A stretch of 64,000 bases of DNA from Geopsychrobacteraceae bacterium (GTDB lineage: Bacteria; Desulfobacterota; Desulfuromonadia; Desulfuromonadales; Geopsychrobacteraceae), in contig OY759353.1 of the NCBI GenBank assembly GCA_963662315.1, positions 64,001 to 128,000 of the forward strand. Direction: 5' to 3'. The position numbers and the translations under genes are program-made. Position 1 is the stretch's first letter. Each line of letters opens with the position of its first letter. The notes under the pieces are model-generated. The model was not told where the DNA came from and searched no databases. It worked only from the letters and a program-made list of their open reading frames with translations. Positions 45,152 through 55,991 of this stretch are shown one piece after another.

Positions 45152-46060
45152 ATGCAGCTGATCAAGCCGGATACTAATTTTGATTTTGTCGGCAAGCGGA
45201 AACTTGCTTTTGTGGTTTCCATTGTCCTGATTGTTGTCGGTTTAGTTTCCTTGTTGGTAAAAGGAGGTCCTGATTATGGGATCGACTTTTCCGGGGGGAC
45301 GCTGGTCCAGGTTCAGTTCACCGATGGTACTGATGCTGCCAGTATTAAGACTGCCTTGAAAGATCTGGATCTTGGTTCGCCGATTGTCCAGAGCTTTGGT
45401 GAAGAGCAGAATGAATTTCTGATTCGTGTTGAAAAAACCTCGGGAGAACTTCAGGGGCTTTCTGTCCAGATTCAGAACGCATTGGAAAAGACCTACGAAA
45501 AAGGGAAGGTCACCATTCGCCGGGTCGAAATGGTTGGACCTCAGGTGGGTAAGGACCTGCGGAGTAAGGGACTTCAGGCTATTCTGTACGCCATGCTCGG
45601 TATCCTGATCTATATCTCCTGGCGTTTTGAATTCCGTTTTGCCGTGGGTGCGATTGTGGCCCTCGTTCACGATGTCTTGATTACCCTGGGCGCCTTTAGC
45701 GTGTTTGGAAAAGAGATCGATTTACCGATTATTGCCGCTTTTCTGGCCATTATCGGCTACTCCCTTAACGACACCATTATTGTTTACGACCGTATTCGGG
45801 AAAACCTTGGCAAGCATAACAAGGAATCATTTTCCTTTGTTGTCAACCGCAGTATCAATGAGACGTTGTCCCGGACTATTTTAACTTCCGGAACAACATT
45901 GCTGGTTGTTGCAGCCTTGTTTGTTCTTGGCGGCGGGGTTATTCATAATTTTGCTTTTGCGATGCTGGTCGGGGTTGTGGTTGGTACCTACTCCTCCATT
46001 TTTGTCGCCAGCCCGATTCTGATTCTTTGGCAACAAAAGAAGTTCGCATTAAAAAAATAG
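45152..46060 (+). CDS. secF: Protein translocase subunit SecF
   Basis: GIDFSGG, VGPQVG, GYSLNDTIIVYDRIRE, GTYSSIFVA. Confidence 0.98.
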   Translation: MQLIKPDTNFDFVGKRKLAFVVSIVLIVVGLVSLLVKGGPDYGIDFSGGTLVQVQFTDGTDAASIKTALKDLDLGSPIVQSFGEEQNEFLIRVEKTSGELQGLSVQIQNALEKTYEKGKVTIRRVEMVGPQVGKDLRSKGLQAILYAMLGILIYISWRFEFRFAVGAIVALVHDVLITLGAFSVFGKEIDLPIIAAFLAIIGYSLNDTIIVYDRIRENLGKHNKESFSFVVNRSINETLSRTILTSGTTLLVVAALFVLGGGVIHNFAFAMLVGVVVGTYSSIFVASPILILWQQKKFALKK

Positions 46061-46118
46061 CTGCATGGTTCTTTACCAGAAGAGCAGCCAACGGTTACAA
46101 TTTTTCAATTACTCATTT

Positions 46119-46157
46119 ATTGCAGGCATCATCAGCATGATGCCTGCAATTCTTTTT
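46119..46157 (+). terminator. Hairpin / probable terminator after secF
   Basis: Perfect 14-bp stem ATTGCAGGCATCAT-cagc-ATGATGCCTGCAAT followed by TCTTTTT. Confidence 0.7.
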
Positions 46158-46170
46158 CGGTAAAGGTTAG

Positions 46171-46746
46171 ATGATGAAAAAAGAAACCGCAGCATTAACT
46201 GTAATTGTTCTGGTAATTGGGATTCTGCTTGGCGTTATCTACTCAAACTGGCGTAAGGATAGCGCATCACCTACTTCTGGTGTCCAGACTTCGCCACCGG
46301 CGGTTGTCAACTACCAGCAAAAAATATCCATGCTCGAAGACATTGTCACCAAGGAACCGGGTAACCGCAATGCCTGGGTTCAGCTTGGTCACAATTATTT
46401 TGATTCTGATCAGCCGATGAAGGCGATCGATGCTTATCAAAAAGCCCTGGAGCTGGATGACAAGGATGCTGATATCCTGACCGATCAGGGGGTCATGTTT
46501 CGTCGTGTCGGCTGGTATGACAAAGCCATTGCCAATTTTAAAAAAGCTTCTGAACTTGTGCCGAGTCATCAGCAAAGTCTATATAACCTGGGAATTGTTT
46601 ATCGTTATGATTTGAAAGATTTTCCTCAGGCTGTAACGGCCTGGGAAAAATTGTTGGCCATCAACCCGTCAGCACCCGGTGCTGATCAGGTTCGTAGAGA
46701 AATTGAATTTCTAAAAAATCATCCGAATCCCACTGCCCCTCAATAA
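46171..46746 (+). CDS. Membrane-anchored TPR protein
   Basis: N-terminal TM; TPR repeats AWVQLGHNYF, ILTDQGVMF, SLYNLGIVY. Confidence 0.85.
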   Translation: MMKKETAALTVIVLVIGILLGVIYSNWRKDSASPTSGVQTSPPAVVNYQQKISMLEDIVTKEPGNRNAWVQLGHNYFDSDQPMKAIDAYQKALELDDKDADILTDQGVMFRRVGWYDKAIANFKKASELVPSHQQSLYNLGIVYRYDLKDFPQAVTAWEKLLAINPSAPGADQVRREIEFLKNHPNPTAPQ

Positions 46747-46793
46747 CAACCGGAAAACGTCATAATGAGATGAACACCGGTTTGGATCGTACT

Positions 46794-48530
46794 ATGGAAC
46801 CTGTTGTTTTACGTAATTGGCAGTTGCGCAGCGCACTCCCTTCTGACACCGAACTATACGGCTTTGCCCGCGATCTGAATGTTTCTGACATTGTTGGCCG
46901 CTTGTTGTGGCTACGTGGAATTCAGTCAGTCGAGGCGGCACGCACCTTTCTTTCTTCGCGTCTGGCCGATCTTCCCGATCCTGCGTTGCTTCCTGATATG
47001 GAGCGCGCCTGTGAGCGGCTTGTCAAGGCTCTGCAGAGGGGAGAAAAAATAGCTGTCCATGGCGATTACGACGTCGATGGCATAACCGGCTGCAGTCTGC
47101 TGGTTGAAATGCTCAGCGCTTTCGGAGCTAAGGTCGTTTACCATATTCCCTTGCGGCTGGTTGATGGTTATGGGCTGTCTGAGGATGCTATCCGCGATGC
47201 CCATCGGCAGGGGTGCACGGTTATCGTTTCGGTTGATTGTGGCGTATCGGCACACCAAGAGGCCGAGGTTGCCAGTATGCTTGGTCTTGATCTTATTGTC
47301 ACCGATCATCACCAGCCACCTGAAACATTGCCTCGTTGTTATGCTTTGATAAATCCGCATTTAGCAGAGAACCGCTTCCCCTGGCCCAATCTTGCCGGTG
47401 TCGGCGTGGCTTTTTTTCTGATTCTGGGCCTGCGCAGATCATTACGTTCTATAGGATATTTCACTGAGCGCTCTGAACCTGACGTGCGCTTTGTCCTGGA
47501 CCTGGTCGCCCTGGGGACAATTGCTGATATTGTACCGCTGAGTGGTGTGAACCGGATTCTGGTTAAGCAGGGGCTGCAATTACTCGAGAAGTCGGTGCGT
47601 CCCGGAATTACTGAACTTAAAAAAGTCGCCCAGGTCAAGGAAGTGAACAGTGGTGTTGTGGGGTTTCGTCTGGCTCCGCGGCTTAATGCCGCCGGACGTC
47701 TTGAGGATGCCGCAATGGGGGTCGAGTTGCTGTTGAACCGTGAGGTCAATGCCGCATCTGAGCTGGCCGAATTCCTGGATAATTGCAATCGCGATCGTCA
47801 GGTTGTTGAACAGCAGACCTTACAGGAGGCGATCGCCATGGTTGAAAACGGCCTTGATAACGATCTATACAGTATCGTGCTTGCCAAAGAAAACTGGCAC
47901 GCTGGTGTTATTGGGATTGTCGCCAGTCGGCTGGTTGAACGCTACCATCGGCCTGTTGTCATGATTGCCCTGGAACATGGTGAAGGGAAGGGGTCTGCCC
48001 GCTCGATCAGCGGATTTCATCTTCATGATGCGCTCGGTCAATGCAGTGATCTGTTGCGAGGCTTCGGTGGTCATGCTATGGCAGCTGGGTTGACCATTGC
48101 TGAAGAAGCACTCGAATCTTTCCGGTCTGCTTTTGAGACTGTGGCGCGTACGAGTCTTTCAAAAACAAATTTGCAGCCGACTTTAAATCATGATGGCGAA
48201 ATCTCTCTGTCCTCCCTGAGTCTTGACGTACAGGAGCAGATAGATCAGCTGAATCCTTATGGTGCTGGCAATCCGTTGCCGACCTTTATCGGACGCGACT
48301 GCCGGGTTTATAACTGCCGGGTCGTGGGTGACAAACATCTTAAATTTGATGTTGAGCAGGAAGACAGTTTTATGCCAGCGATTGCCTTCGGCATGGCTGA
48401 GCGGATGGCTGAATGCTCCGGCCGTCTTGATCTGCTGTTTCGTCCGGGGATTAATGAGTGGCGCGGCGAACGGTCCCTGCAACTTCAGATTATCGATTTT
48501 CACCAAGCAGGGGAACAGACCAATGGCTGA
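46794..48530 (+). CDS. recJ: ssDNA-specific exonuclease RecJ
   Basis: GDYDVDG, VDCG, TDHH, GTIADIVPL, PRLNAAGR, GSARS, GGHAMAAG; start could be 46770. Confidence 0.97.
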   Translation: MEPVVLRNWQLRSALPSDTELYGFARDLNVSDIVGRLLWLRGIQSVEAARTFLSSRLADLPDPALLPDMERACERLVKALQRGEKIAVHGDYDVDGITGCSLLVEMLSAFGAKVVYHIPLRLVDGYGLSEDAIRDAHRQGCTVIVSVDCGVSAHQEAEVASMLGLDLIVTDHHQPPETLPRCYALINPHLAENRFPWPNLAGVGVAFFLILGLRRSLRSIGYFTERSEPDVRFVLDLVALGTIADIVPLSGVNRILVKQGLQLLEKSVRPGITELKKVAQVKEVNSGVVGFRLAPRLNAAGRLEDAAMGVELLLNREVNAASELAEFLDNCNRDRQVVEQQTLQEAIAMVENGLDNDLYSIVLAKENWHAGVIGIVASRLVERYHRPVVMIALEHGEGKGSARSISGFHLHDALGQCSDLLRGFGGHAMAAGLTIAEEALESFRSAFETVARTSLSKTNLQPTLNHDGEISLSSLSLDVQEQIDQLNPYGAGNPLPTFIGRDCRVYNCRVVGDKHLKFDVEQEDSFMPAIAFGMAERMAECSGRLDLLFRPGINEWRGERSLQLQIIDFHQAGEQTNG

Positions 48531-49497
48531 GTCCTCTCTCCATTTATCCGGTCTTCTGGCCCAGTTATCTGCCCTCAATGTCGGGACGGTTTATCTCAAC
48601 GAATCGCTGGCCAACCATAATACCTGGAAAATTGGCGGGCCGGCTGCTGCTCTGGTTGAACCCTCTGGTGAGGAACAGGTTCGGCAGCTGGTTCTGTTTG
48701 CCTGGCAGCATCGCATTCCTCTTGTTGTAATCGGGCAGGGGAGCAATCTGCTGTTTGATGATCGTGGTGTTCATGGCATCGTGGTGAAGATTGGTACGCG
48801 GATGAATCAGCTGGCTATTACAGAAGGATCTATTGTGGCCGGAGGAGGAGTGTGGGTTCCGCAATTGGCCAGAAAATCGATGGCTGCAGGTTTGACTGGT
48901 CTTGAGCACTGCATCGGGATTCCCGGTACCCTGGGCGGGCTGATTATGATGAACGGGGGGAGTCAGCGCCATGGCATCGGGGAAAACGTGGTCAGTGTGA
49001 CCTGTGTCAGCGCGGCTGGAGAGCTGCAGCGATTGAATAAGGACGAGTGTTGCTTTGCTTATCGGCATAGTGCCTTGCAGGGGACTGGTTGCGTGGTCAC
49101 CGGTGCCGAACTGTTCTGTGCCAAAGGAGACAGCCTGGAGATCCGGCGTGCCATGCTTAGTGATCTGCACAACCGTCGCCATAAATTTCCGCGCAAGTTG
49201 CCGAACTGTGGTTCTGTATTTTTAAGTACGGCTGAAATGCATGCCAGTGTCGGTCCCCCTGGAAAAATTATTGAAGAGTGTGGGCTTAAAGGGACGCGTT
49301 GTGGGGGAGCGGAAGTGTCACCTCATCATGCAAATTTTATCGTCAATGTCGAGCGGGCTTCTTCGGCGGATGTTTTAGAGCTGATTGCCCACATCCGGGC
49401 CAGAGTGATGGATAAAATTGGCTTTGAGCTGTGCTGTGAGGTGCGTTATGTCAGTCCTGACGGTAAAATTCTGCCTGCTCATTTAGCCCTCTCCTAG
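48523..49497 (+). CDS. murB: UDP-N-acetylenolpyruvoylglucosamine reductase
   Basis: TWKIGGPA, GQGSNLL, GIPGTLGG, NCGSVF, HANFIVN, EV; overlaps the end of recJ. Confidence 0.92.
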   Translation: MAESSLHLSGLLAQLSALNVGTVYLNESLANHNTWKIGGPAAALVEPSGEEQVRQLVLFAWQHRIPLVVIGQGSNLLFDDRGVHGIVVKIGTRMNQLAITEGSIVAGGGVWVPQLARKSMAAGLTGLEHCIGIPGTLGGLIMMNGGSQRHGIGENVVSVTCVSAAGELQRLNKDECCFAYRHSALQGTGCVVTGAELFCAKGDSLEIRRAMLSDLHNRRHKFPRKLPNCGSVFLSTAEMHASVGPPGKIIEECGLKGTRCGGAEVSPHHANFIVNVERASSADVLELIAHIRARVMDKIGFELCCEVRYVSPDGKILPAHLALS

Positions 49498-49517
49498 GGG
49501 CTTTTTTGCTCGTTCAA

Positions 49518-49568
49518 CCACACCCAGCACTCCCTCCTTCCCGAGAAGGTGAAAGTGCTGGGTGTGGG
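49518..49568. terminator. Long hairpin between convergent murB and ettA
   Basis: CCACACCCAGCACT...AGTGCTGGGTGTGG 14-bp stem; no clear U-tract. Confidence 0.55.
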
Positions 49569-49586
49569 ATGTATTGAGGTTTGCAG

Positions 49587-51263
49587 TTATTGTCTGGTTA
49601 ATGACCGGTAGCGGATCCGGTGTGGTTGATCGGCTTCGCGCCCCAAACGCCGCTTGCGGTCTTCTTCATATTCTGAATAGTTACCTTCGAACCAGACCAC
49701 CTGGGAGTCTCCTTCAAAGGCGAGCATATGAGTGGCGATCCGGTCCAGGAACCAGCGATCGTGGCTGATCACCACGGCACAGCCGCCAAAGTTTTCCAGA
49801 CCTTCCTCAAGCGCCCGTAAGGTATTGACATCCAGGTCGTTGGTGGGCTCGTCAAGCAGCAGCACGTTGGCTTCTTCGCGTAACATTTTGGCCAGATGAA
49901 CCCGGTTGCGTTCACCACCGGACAGAACGCCGACCTTCTTCTGCTGATCTGAACCGGAAAAGTTAAAGCGCGCCACATAGGCCCGTGAATTGACTGATTG
50001 GCCGCCCATCATGAAGTTGTCATGACCTCCACTGACCTCTTCCCATATGGTTTTGTTCGGATCAAGATCACGTCCCTGATCGACGTAACCAAGCTGAACG
50101 GTTTCGCCAACTTTGAAGCTGCCTGCGTCGGCCTGCTCCTGTCCGATGATCATTTTGAACAGGGTCGATTTACCGGCACCGTTAGGACCGATGACACCAA
50201 CGATCCCCCCTGCGGGCAGGTTGAAACTGAGGTTGTCGATGAGTAACCGCTCACCGAATCCTTTGCTGACATCTTTGGCTTCAACTACTATATTGCCCAA
50301 TCGAGGCCCTGGTGGAATAAACAGTTCGAGGGTTTTCTCCTTGGCCAGCCCTTCGTTACCCAGAAGTTTTTCATAGGAGTTGATCCGCGCCTGGGATTTG
50401 GCATGGCGACCCTTGGGTGACATGCGGATCCATTCGAGCTCGCGTTGCAGGGTCTGTTGGCGTTTGCTTTCGGCCTTCTCTTCTTTACGCAGGCGTTCCT
50501 GTTTCTGTTCCAGCCAGCTTGAATAATTGCCTTTCCATGGTATCCCGTGGCCACGATCCAGTTCGAGAATCCAGCCAGCGACATTATCCAGGAAATAGCG
50601 ATCGTGGGTAACTGCGATAACGGTACCCTGATAACGCTGCAGGTGTTGCTCAAGCCAGGCAACGGTTTCCGCATCCAGGTGGTTGGTCGGTTCGTCGAGC
50701 AGGAGAATATCAGGTTTCCTGAGCAGCAGGCGACACAATGCTACGCGGCGTTTTTCACCACCGGAAAGGTTTTTGATCGGAGTCTCGGGTGCCGGGCAGC
50801 GTAGTGCTTCTTCGGCTAGCTCAAGGCGTGAATCAAGTTCCCAGGCATCGGCGGCGTCCAACTGATCTTGAACGGCAGCCTGGCGGGCCAGGAGTTTGTC
50901 CATATCGCAGTCCGGGTCGGCGAAGGCGTTATTGATCTCTTCAAATTCCGCCAGCAGGTCGACGATTTCCTGTACCCCCTCTTTAACCACTTCGCGCACG
51001 GTTTTGCTGTCATCGAGTTGTGGCTCCTGTTCCAGATAGCCAACACTGTAACCCTCTGACAAAACGGCTTCACCGTTAAACTCTTTATCAACCCCGGCCA
51101 TGATTTTCAGCAGGGTTGATTTGCCTGATCCGTTCAGACCCAGCACGCCAATTTTGGCTCCGTAAAAGTACGACAGGGAAATGTCTTTGATGATGGTCTG
51201 CTTATTGTACGTTTTGCTGACCTTCATCATGGAATAGATGATTTTTTTTGTGTCCTCGCTCAT
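49587..51263 (-). CDS. ettA: Energy-dependent translational throttle protein EttA (ABC-F)
   Basis: [15 protein letters not shown], two ABC domains, [40 protein letters not shown]. Confidence 0.96.
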   Translation of the reverse strand: MSEDTKKIIYSMMKVSKTYNKQTIIKDISLSYFYGAKIGVLGLNGSGKSTLLKIMAGVDKEFNGEAVLSEGYSVGYLEQEPQLDDSKTVREVVKEGVQEIVDLLAEFEEINNAFADPDCDMDKLLARQAAVQDQLDAADAWELDSRLELAEEALRCPAPETPIKNLSGGEKRRVALCRLLLRKPDILLLDEPTNHLDAETVAWLEQHLQRYQGTVIAVTHDRYFLDNVAGWILELDRGHGIPWKGNYSSWLEQKQERLRKEEKAESKRQQTLQRELEWIRMSPKGRHAKSQARINSYEKLLGNEGLAKEKTLELFIPPGPRLGNIVVEAKDVSKGFGERLLIDNLSFNLPAGGIVGVIGPNGAGKSTLFKMIIGQEQADAGSFKVGETVQLGYVDQGRDLDPNKTIWEEVSGGHDNFMMGGQSVNSRAYVARFNFSGSDQQKKVGVLSGGERNRVHLAKMLREEANVLLLDEPTNDLDVNTLRALEEGLENFGGCAVVISHDRWFLDRIATHMLAFEGDSQVVWFEGNYSEYEEDRKRRLGREADQPHRIRYRSLTRQ

Positions 51264-51528
51264 GTCTGTCCTTTGATGTATGAGAATAAACCTGTAATCA
51301 TCAGGTAGTTAGAATTTTTGCTCAAGGATGTATAACATTGCTGCTCAGTTTCCTGCAACAGGTGAGATTGTTAGAGTTCGAATTGAAGAATTAAGGGGCG
51401 CTCAGGGTGAACCCTGCTTCCCCCAAAGAGATGTTTCTTGACCATGTCCTCTTTGAATCACTGTCAGCAGGTTGTTGGAATAACGAGGGAGTGTTTATCT
51501 TGTTTTCCCTCTTTATCGCCAAGCTCGT

Positions 51529-52665
51529 TCAAGAAACTGCTGGCCCTTCGAGTTGCCGGAGGATTGTTAAAAAGTTATAGGTCAGTTGGGGGTGCAGTTT
51601 GTTCCCGGCCAGGTTGTGCATGATCTGGATAATCTGGTTCAGATCCAATGCTTCCTCGTAGGATCGATGGGTTCGCATGGCATCGTAGGTATCTGAAATT
51701 GCAGTCATGTAAGAGCAGAAATGCTGTTTCCACGACGGCTTGACTTCGGGATATCCGGCCAGATCATAGCGCATATGATGCTCAAATGCTGTGATGACTG
51801 CGAGTTTGGGTACGTCCGGAACGGTCAGCAGATACTCTGCCCCCAAGCGTGGATGTTGTTTCATCGTGTTCCATTCTTCTTCATTCAGTGCCGCGGTTTT
51901 GGTCAGAATTGACGGAGAAATGAACATCTTCCCGACATCGTGAAGCATGGCAGCGATTCCGATATCATTGAGTAATTGTCCCTCAATTCCCAGGGCCTTG
52001 GCCTGTGCCAGATTGAGCAGGCAGATATTGGTTGAGTGGGTATAGGTATATTCGTTAATGGCTCGCAGCGGTGCCAGAGCCAGAAAGGCATTGCCTTGCT
52101 TTTTGAAAGAATGGATAAAGCTGGCGACAATGTCTGAAATCCCTGATAAATCGATTTTTTCCCTATTCTGGATATGCTGGTAAAGATCATTAATCTGACT
52201 GGGCTCAACAGCTGAAATCTCTGCCAGCCCTAACAACGCCCCTTGCTCAGCACCAGACTGACGATAGCGTACCTCAACCTGGCCAAAATGAATATGTTTG
52301 CTGTCATAAATGGCTGTTTCATTGTGCTGAGACTGACTGAGAATCTGAATCAGGTTGAGAAGTTCTTCTGTGTAGATGCCTCTTTCGATTTTTAGATAAC
52401 TGATTCCTCTTTGTGAAAAGGAAGAAATCAATCGAGAAGCGGTTAATGTCGTTATCAGTGGTTTGTTGTTGTAGATCAGCTGTCCATTGATGAGTCTCAG
52501 GATCAGGTCATCTCCTGCTCCTGTTAATTGTTCAAGGCCCTGCATGGCCTGCTTGTTGAAACGTAATACCTGGCGGTGATTGATGTCATAAAGTGCCGCA
52601 TTTGCCGCAGCTGTCATCAACAGGCGAATGAAATTATAGATGGGGGACTGTTCAGTGGATTTCAT
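51529..52665 (-). CDS. HD-GYP domain protein
   Basis: YTHSTNI, LHDVGK, HPRLG, EHHMRYDLAGYP, DTYDAM. Confidence 0.85.
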   Translation of the reverse strand: MKSTEQSPIYNFIRLLMTAAANAALYDINHRQVLRFNKQAMQGLEQLTGAGDDLILRLINGQLIYNNKPLITTLTASRLISSFSQRGISYLKIERGIYTEELLNLIQILSQSQHNETAIYDSKHIHFGQVEVRYRQSGAEQGALLGLAEISAVEPSQINDLYQHIQNREKIDLSGISDIVASFIHSFKKQGNAFLALAPLRAINEYTYTHSTNICLLNLAQAKALGIEGQLLNDIGIAAMLHDVGKMFISPSILTKTAALNEEEWNTMKQHPRLGAEYLLTVPDVPKLAVITAFEHHMRYDLAGYPEVKPSWKQHFCSYMTAISDTYDAMRTHRSYEEALDLNQIIQIMHNLAGNKLHPQLTYNFLTILRQLEGPAVS

Positions 52666-54808
52666 GTGTAGCCCCTTTGGCATTACTGAAGACGGTCAGT
52701 AATTGGGTTTTGTGCTTGCTGTTATGCAGTTCGGAAATCAGTTTTTCCGCAACAGGTCCTGAAAAATTCGGCAAGGCTTTAAGCATTTCCTGATGTAATG
52801 ATTTCATCTTTGACGATATGAACAGGCCTTTTTTCATCAGCAGGCGGCGAAAGATGACCAGGGTTTCGGGGGCAGCAATATGGCCCAGGCTTTGTATCGC
52901 CGTGATTTGCTGCTGAAGTTCTTCTTCCGACGCTGCCTGCGTCTGAACAACTGTGTGTAAAAACTGTATAACAGCGGGATCTTTGCTTAAGGCTGCTACT
53001 CTTAGCGCTGCGTCTTTAGCGACCGGATCGGTATTCTGCAGTTCCTGTATCAGGTAGCGGTTGCCTGTTGCGGGGTTGGACATCAGCAGGTTGCTGATCG
53101 CTTCTATCCTGACCATGGGATGATCATGGTTGCAGAAGGGCAGGCTGGCTTTCAGGGTCTGGGGATTGGGGGTCCCACCCAGGACAGACAACAGGTTTCG
53201 GACCAGGTACCAGCGGTCATCGGCCAATGCCTCAATGATGGCCTGTTGTGTATTGGCGCTGATTTTCTTAAGAATCTGCAGCCACATCAACCGGTCTGCC
53301 TTATTGGGGGCTGCCCCGAGCCGTTCAATGATTGGCGCAATATAAGGTTCTCCGACAGTCTCAATGTAGGCGATCAGGTCGGCGTGTTTATGGTGTTCCC
53401 AGATGTCAAAACCATCGAGAATCTCGGTGATAAACGATTTCTGTGAATGTGTCGCAATAACTTTATCCGCAAATATATCCAGATGCGCAAAGCCACTATT
53501 GAGATGCTGATGCCAACTGAGAAAAATGTTTTTCAGCATTCTGAAATGCCCGGTATCCAAATAGAATTTGGTCAACTCGAGAAGTTGCTCCTGAATGGCA
53601 GATTCAACGTCCCTGGTGAGGGGGGATTCAAGCAGTTTGAGGATAATTGGGGACAAATGCTGTTCAACCGCTTGGTGTTCAATCAGTTGACGCAACTCTG
53701 TTTGCACCTCATCCGGAATCAGGTCCGCAGCAATTTTATCAGTAAAAATATCGGCCAGGGCGGTCTGATATTGATTGGGCAGGTAGGCTTCCTGCTGTTC
53801 TTCGCGAAACAGTTCGTCGAGCCGAGCTTTCATCACATCAGGGGCAAAATTATTAGAATCATGGCCTTTTCCGGGTGACTTCTGTGTATTGGTTGAAAAC
53901 AATTCGAGTAAGTTCACCAGCCGTGTCGATATGTGATTTTTGGCGCGACTTAAGGAGACAAGGGAGTCGTCAAAAAAATGCGGGGAAATCTCGGAAAGAA
54001 TATTTTCCGCCGGTTCGGGGTTCTTATTCAGTGACTGGAGAATATTGCTTAAGAAAAATTCACGGGCTTCATTGCTGAGCTGCTGCAATAAATGGTTGAG
54101 GCGGGTCCCCGCCTGCTTCTGCAATGCCTGTGAATGATTGTAATACAAGCTGTTATCGATGAATTCGGATAATTTGTGTTGATAGTTGCGATCTGGAATT
54201 GTTGCGTTGGTGTGGGCGCTATTCAGCATTTGGGCGAAATTGGTTAAGTTCTGTTCGTCCTCAACATCAAAATCGAGAATCCCCCGATTCAACCCGAACA
54301 GGAAGTTTTCCCATAGGTCTGGACTGCTTGAGGGCGGGGCTGAGCCAAGGGCTTTTGCTTGAAAGGCTTCATAATCTACGGCAATGACCTGAATATGCTG
54401 AATTCTTTGTTCCTCAAGGAGCAAGGGGAAACCACCAAAGGCTTCAATCTGATTCCGGTCACTGCGTAGCAGGTGGATAAAACGAATCAATTCATCAGCG
54501 CTGATACCGGGCAGAAAGCTGACGGTTGCTACGCCAAGACCGGAGAAAAAATGGCAGAAATCTGCGACAGCCTGATCTTCATTGTCAAATTTGATCTGTT
54601 CATAATACATTGCTGCCGGAGCAATGCCGATAGTGACGGTCGCTGCGGAAAGAAAAAAATCTTGCAATAAGGTTAGTGTTTTGCCAATACTTTCGCGTAT
54701 TGCCGGATGCTCTGGCGGGTAGATAGACAGGTGCCGCCGGGCGATATTGAGCCTTTGCAGGAAAGTTATTATCAGAGGTTTCTCTGTGTCTGGCATTGGT
54801 TTTGTCAT
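52652..54808 (-). CDS. HEAT-repeat protein
   Basis: N-terminal IYPPEHP domain; C-terminal HEAT repeats DDRWYLVRN, HPMVRIEAI; overlaps the start of the HD-GYP gene. Confidence 0.75.
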   Translation of the reverse strand: MTKPMPDTEKPLIITFLQRLNIARRHLSIYPPEHPAIRESIGKTLTLLQDFFLSAATVTIGIAPAAMYYEQIKFDNEDQAVADFCHFFSGLGVATVSFLPGISADELIRFIHLLRSDRNQIEAFGGFPLLLEEQRIQHIQVIAVDYEAFQAKALGSAPPSSSPDLWENFLFGLNRGILDFDVEDEQNLTNFAQMLNSAHTNATIPDRNYQHKLSEFIDNSLYYNHSQALQKQAGTRLNHLLQQLSNEAREFFLSNILQSLNKNPEPAENILSEISPHFFDDSLVSLSRAKNHISTRLVNLLELFSTNTQKSPGKGHDSNNFAPDVMKARLDELFREEQQEAYLPNQYQTALADIFTDKIAADLIPDEVQTELRQLIEHQAVEQHLSPIILKLLESPLTRDVESAIQEQLLELTKFYLDTGHFRMLKNIFLSWHQHLNSGFAHLDIFADKVIATHSQKSFITEILDGFDIWEHHKHADLIAYIETVGEPYIAPIIERLGAAPNKADRLMWLQILKKISANTQQAIIEALADDRWYLVRNLLSVLGGTPNPQTLKASLPFCNHDHPMVRIEAISNLLMSNPATGNRYLIQELQNTDPVAKDAALRVAALSKDPAVIQFLHTVVQTQAASEEELQQQITAIQSLGHIAAPETLVIFRRLLMKKGLFISSKMKSLHQEMLKALPNFSGPVAEKLISELHNSKHKTQLLTVFSNAKGATHEIH

Positions 54809-54977
54809 CGTGCCTGCCTGGTAACATAAACAGTTCGTCTTGCTTGGAAAGGGTAAGTATAACAGGATTTTCGGTCGTGCTGTAGCCCGGATTCAGGGCT
54901 CTGCGACAAACTATTGCATTCACTACCTAATGGTGCTAGATTCTCAAATCTATGAAGATACTATTTACAGACTGCAG

Positions 54978-55964
54978 ATGAGCGCGCGCGAACGATTTGA
55001 CGTTGGCGATGCGGCTCTAGCCGTTCAGTTGTTTGGCCAGCAGAATAAACATCTTAAGCTCATTGAAAAAAAATTGGGCATCCGCCTTGGTAGCCAGGGG
55101 ACCAGTTTGACCCTGACCGGTGAACAATCGCAGATTGAGATCGGTATGCGGCTATTTGAGGAGTTGTGCGCATTGCTGCGTGACGGGATGCCTATATACC
55201 CTACCGATATTGATTATGCCATCCGTATTCTATCCGCCGATTCCAGTTCCTGTTTAAAAGATATTTTTTTCGATACGGTATTTGTATCCGCACGCAACAA
55301 GATGATTGCGCCCAAGAGTCTGGCGCAAAAGCACTATATTGATCAAATTCGGCAAAATAATGTCGTGTTCGGCATAGGGCCGGCCGGGACGGGGAAAACC
55401 TATCTGGCCATGGCCATGGGTGTTGCGGCGCTGATGCGCAAAGAGGTCAGCCGCATCATGCTGGTCAGACCGGCGGTTGAAGCTGGCGAAAAACTTGGCT
55501 TCCTGCCTGGTGATCTGGCTGAAAAGGTAAATCCTTATTTGCGACCACTTTATGATGCTCTTTACGATATGGTCGATTTTGATAAGGCCAAGAATCTTGT
55601 CGAAACCGGCATCGTTGAGGTTGCGCCATTGGCTTTTATGCGGGGACGAACCCTGAATAATGCTTTTGTGATTCTTGATGAGGCCCAAAATACCACCGTA
55701 GAACAAATGAAAATGTTTTTAACTCGCCTTGGCTTTGGCAGTTGTGCTGTCATTACCGGGGATGTAACTCAGATAGACTTACCGCGTGAAAGCAAGTCGG
55801 GACTGCTGAATGCCATCGATGTTCTGGTGGGGGTGCCCGGAATAGCCTTTACCCACTTCAGTGACGCTGATGTCGTTCGGCATCCGATTGTCCAGGCGAT
55901 TGTGCAGGCCTATCAACGGGCTGATCTGCGTGATCATGGACAGGGGCACAGAGCCCGAGGGTAA
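54978..55964 (+). CDS. phoH: PhoH-family ATPase (YbeZ-like)
   Basis: GPAGTGKTYLA, RPAVEAGEKLGFLPG, FMRGRTL, DEAQN, GDVTQIDL, DVVRH; start uncertain. Confidence 0.95.
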   Translation: MSARERFDVGDAALAVQLFGQQNKHLKLIEKKLGIRLGSQGTSLTLTGEQSQIEIGMRLFEELCALLRDGMPIYPTDIDYAIRILSADSSSCLKDIFFDTVFVSARNKMIAPKSLAQKHYIDQIRQNNVVFGIGPAGTGKTYLAMAMGVAALMRKEVSRIMLVRPAVEAGEKLGFLPGDLAEKVNPYLRPLYDALYDMVDFDKAKNLVETGIVEVAPLAFMRGRTLNNAFVILDEAQNTTVEQMKMFLTRLGFGSCAVITGDVTQIDLPRESKSGLLNAIDVLVGVPGIAFTHFSDADVVRHPIVQAIVQAYQRADLRDHGQGHRARG

Positions 55965-55991
55965 CACGCGAAAGGCGCTGACAGAGAGTAT

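Noticed and set aside
48259..48522. N-terminal extension of the murB ORF (similarly for rpsB, frr, rseP, phoH, ybeY)
   Set aside because: Longest-ORF artefacts; RBS position and family N-termini support later starts.
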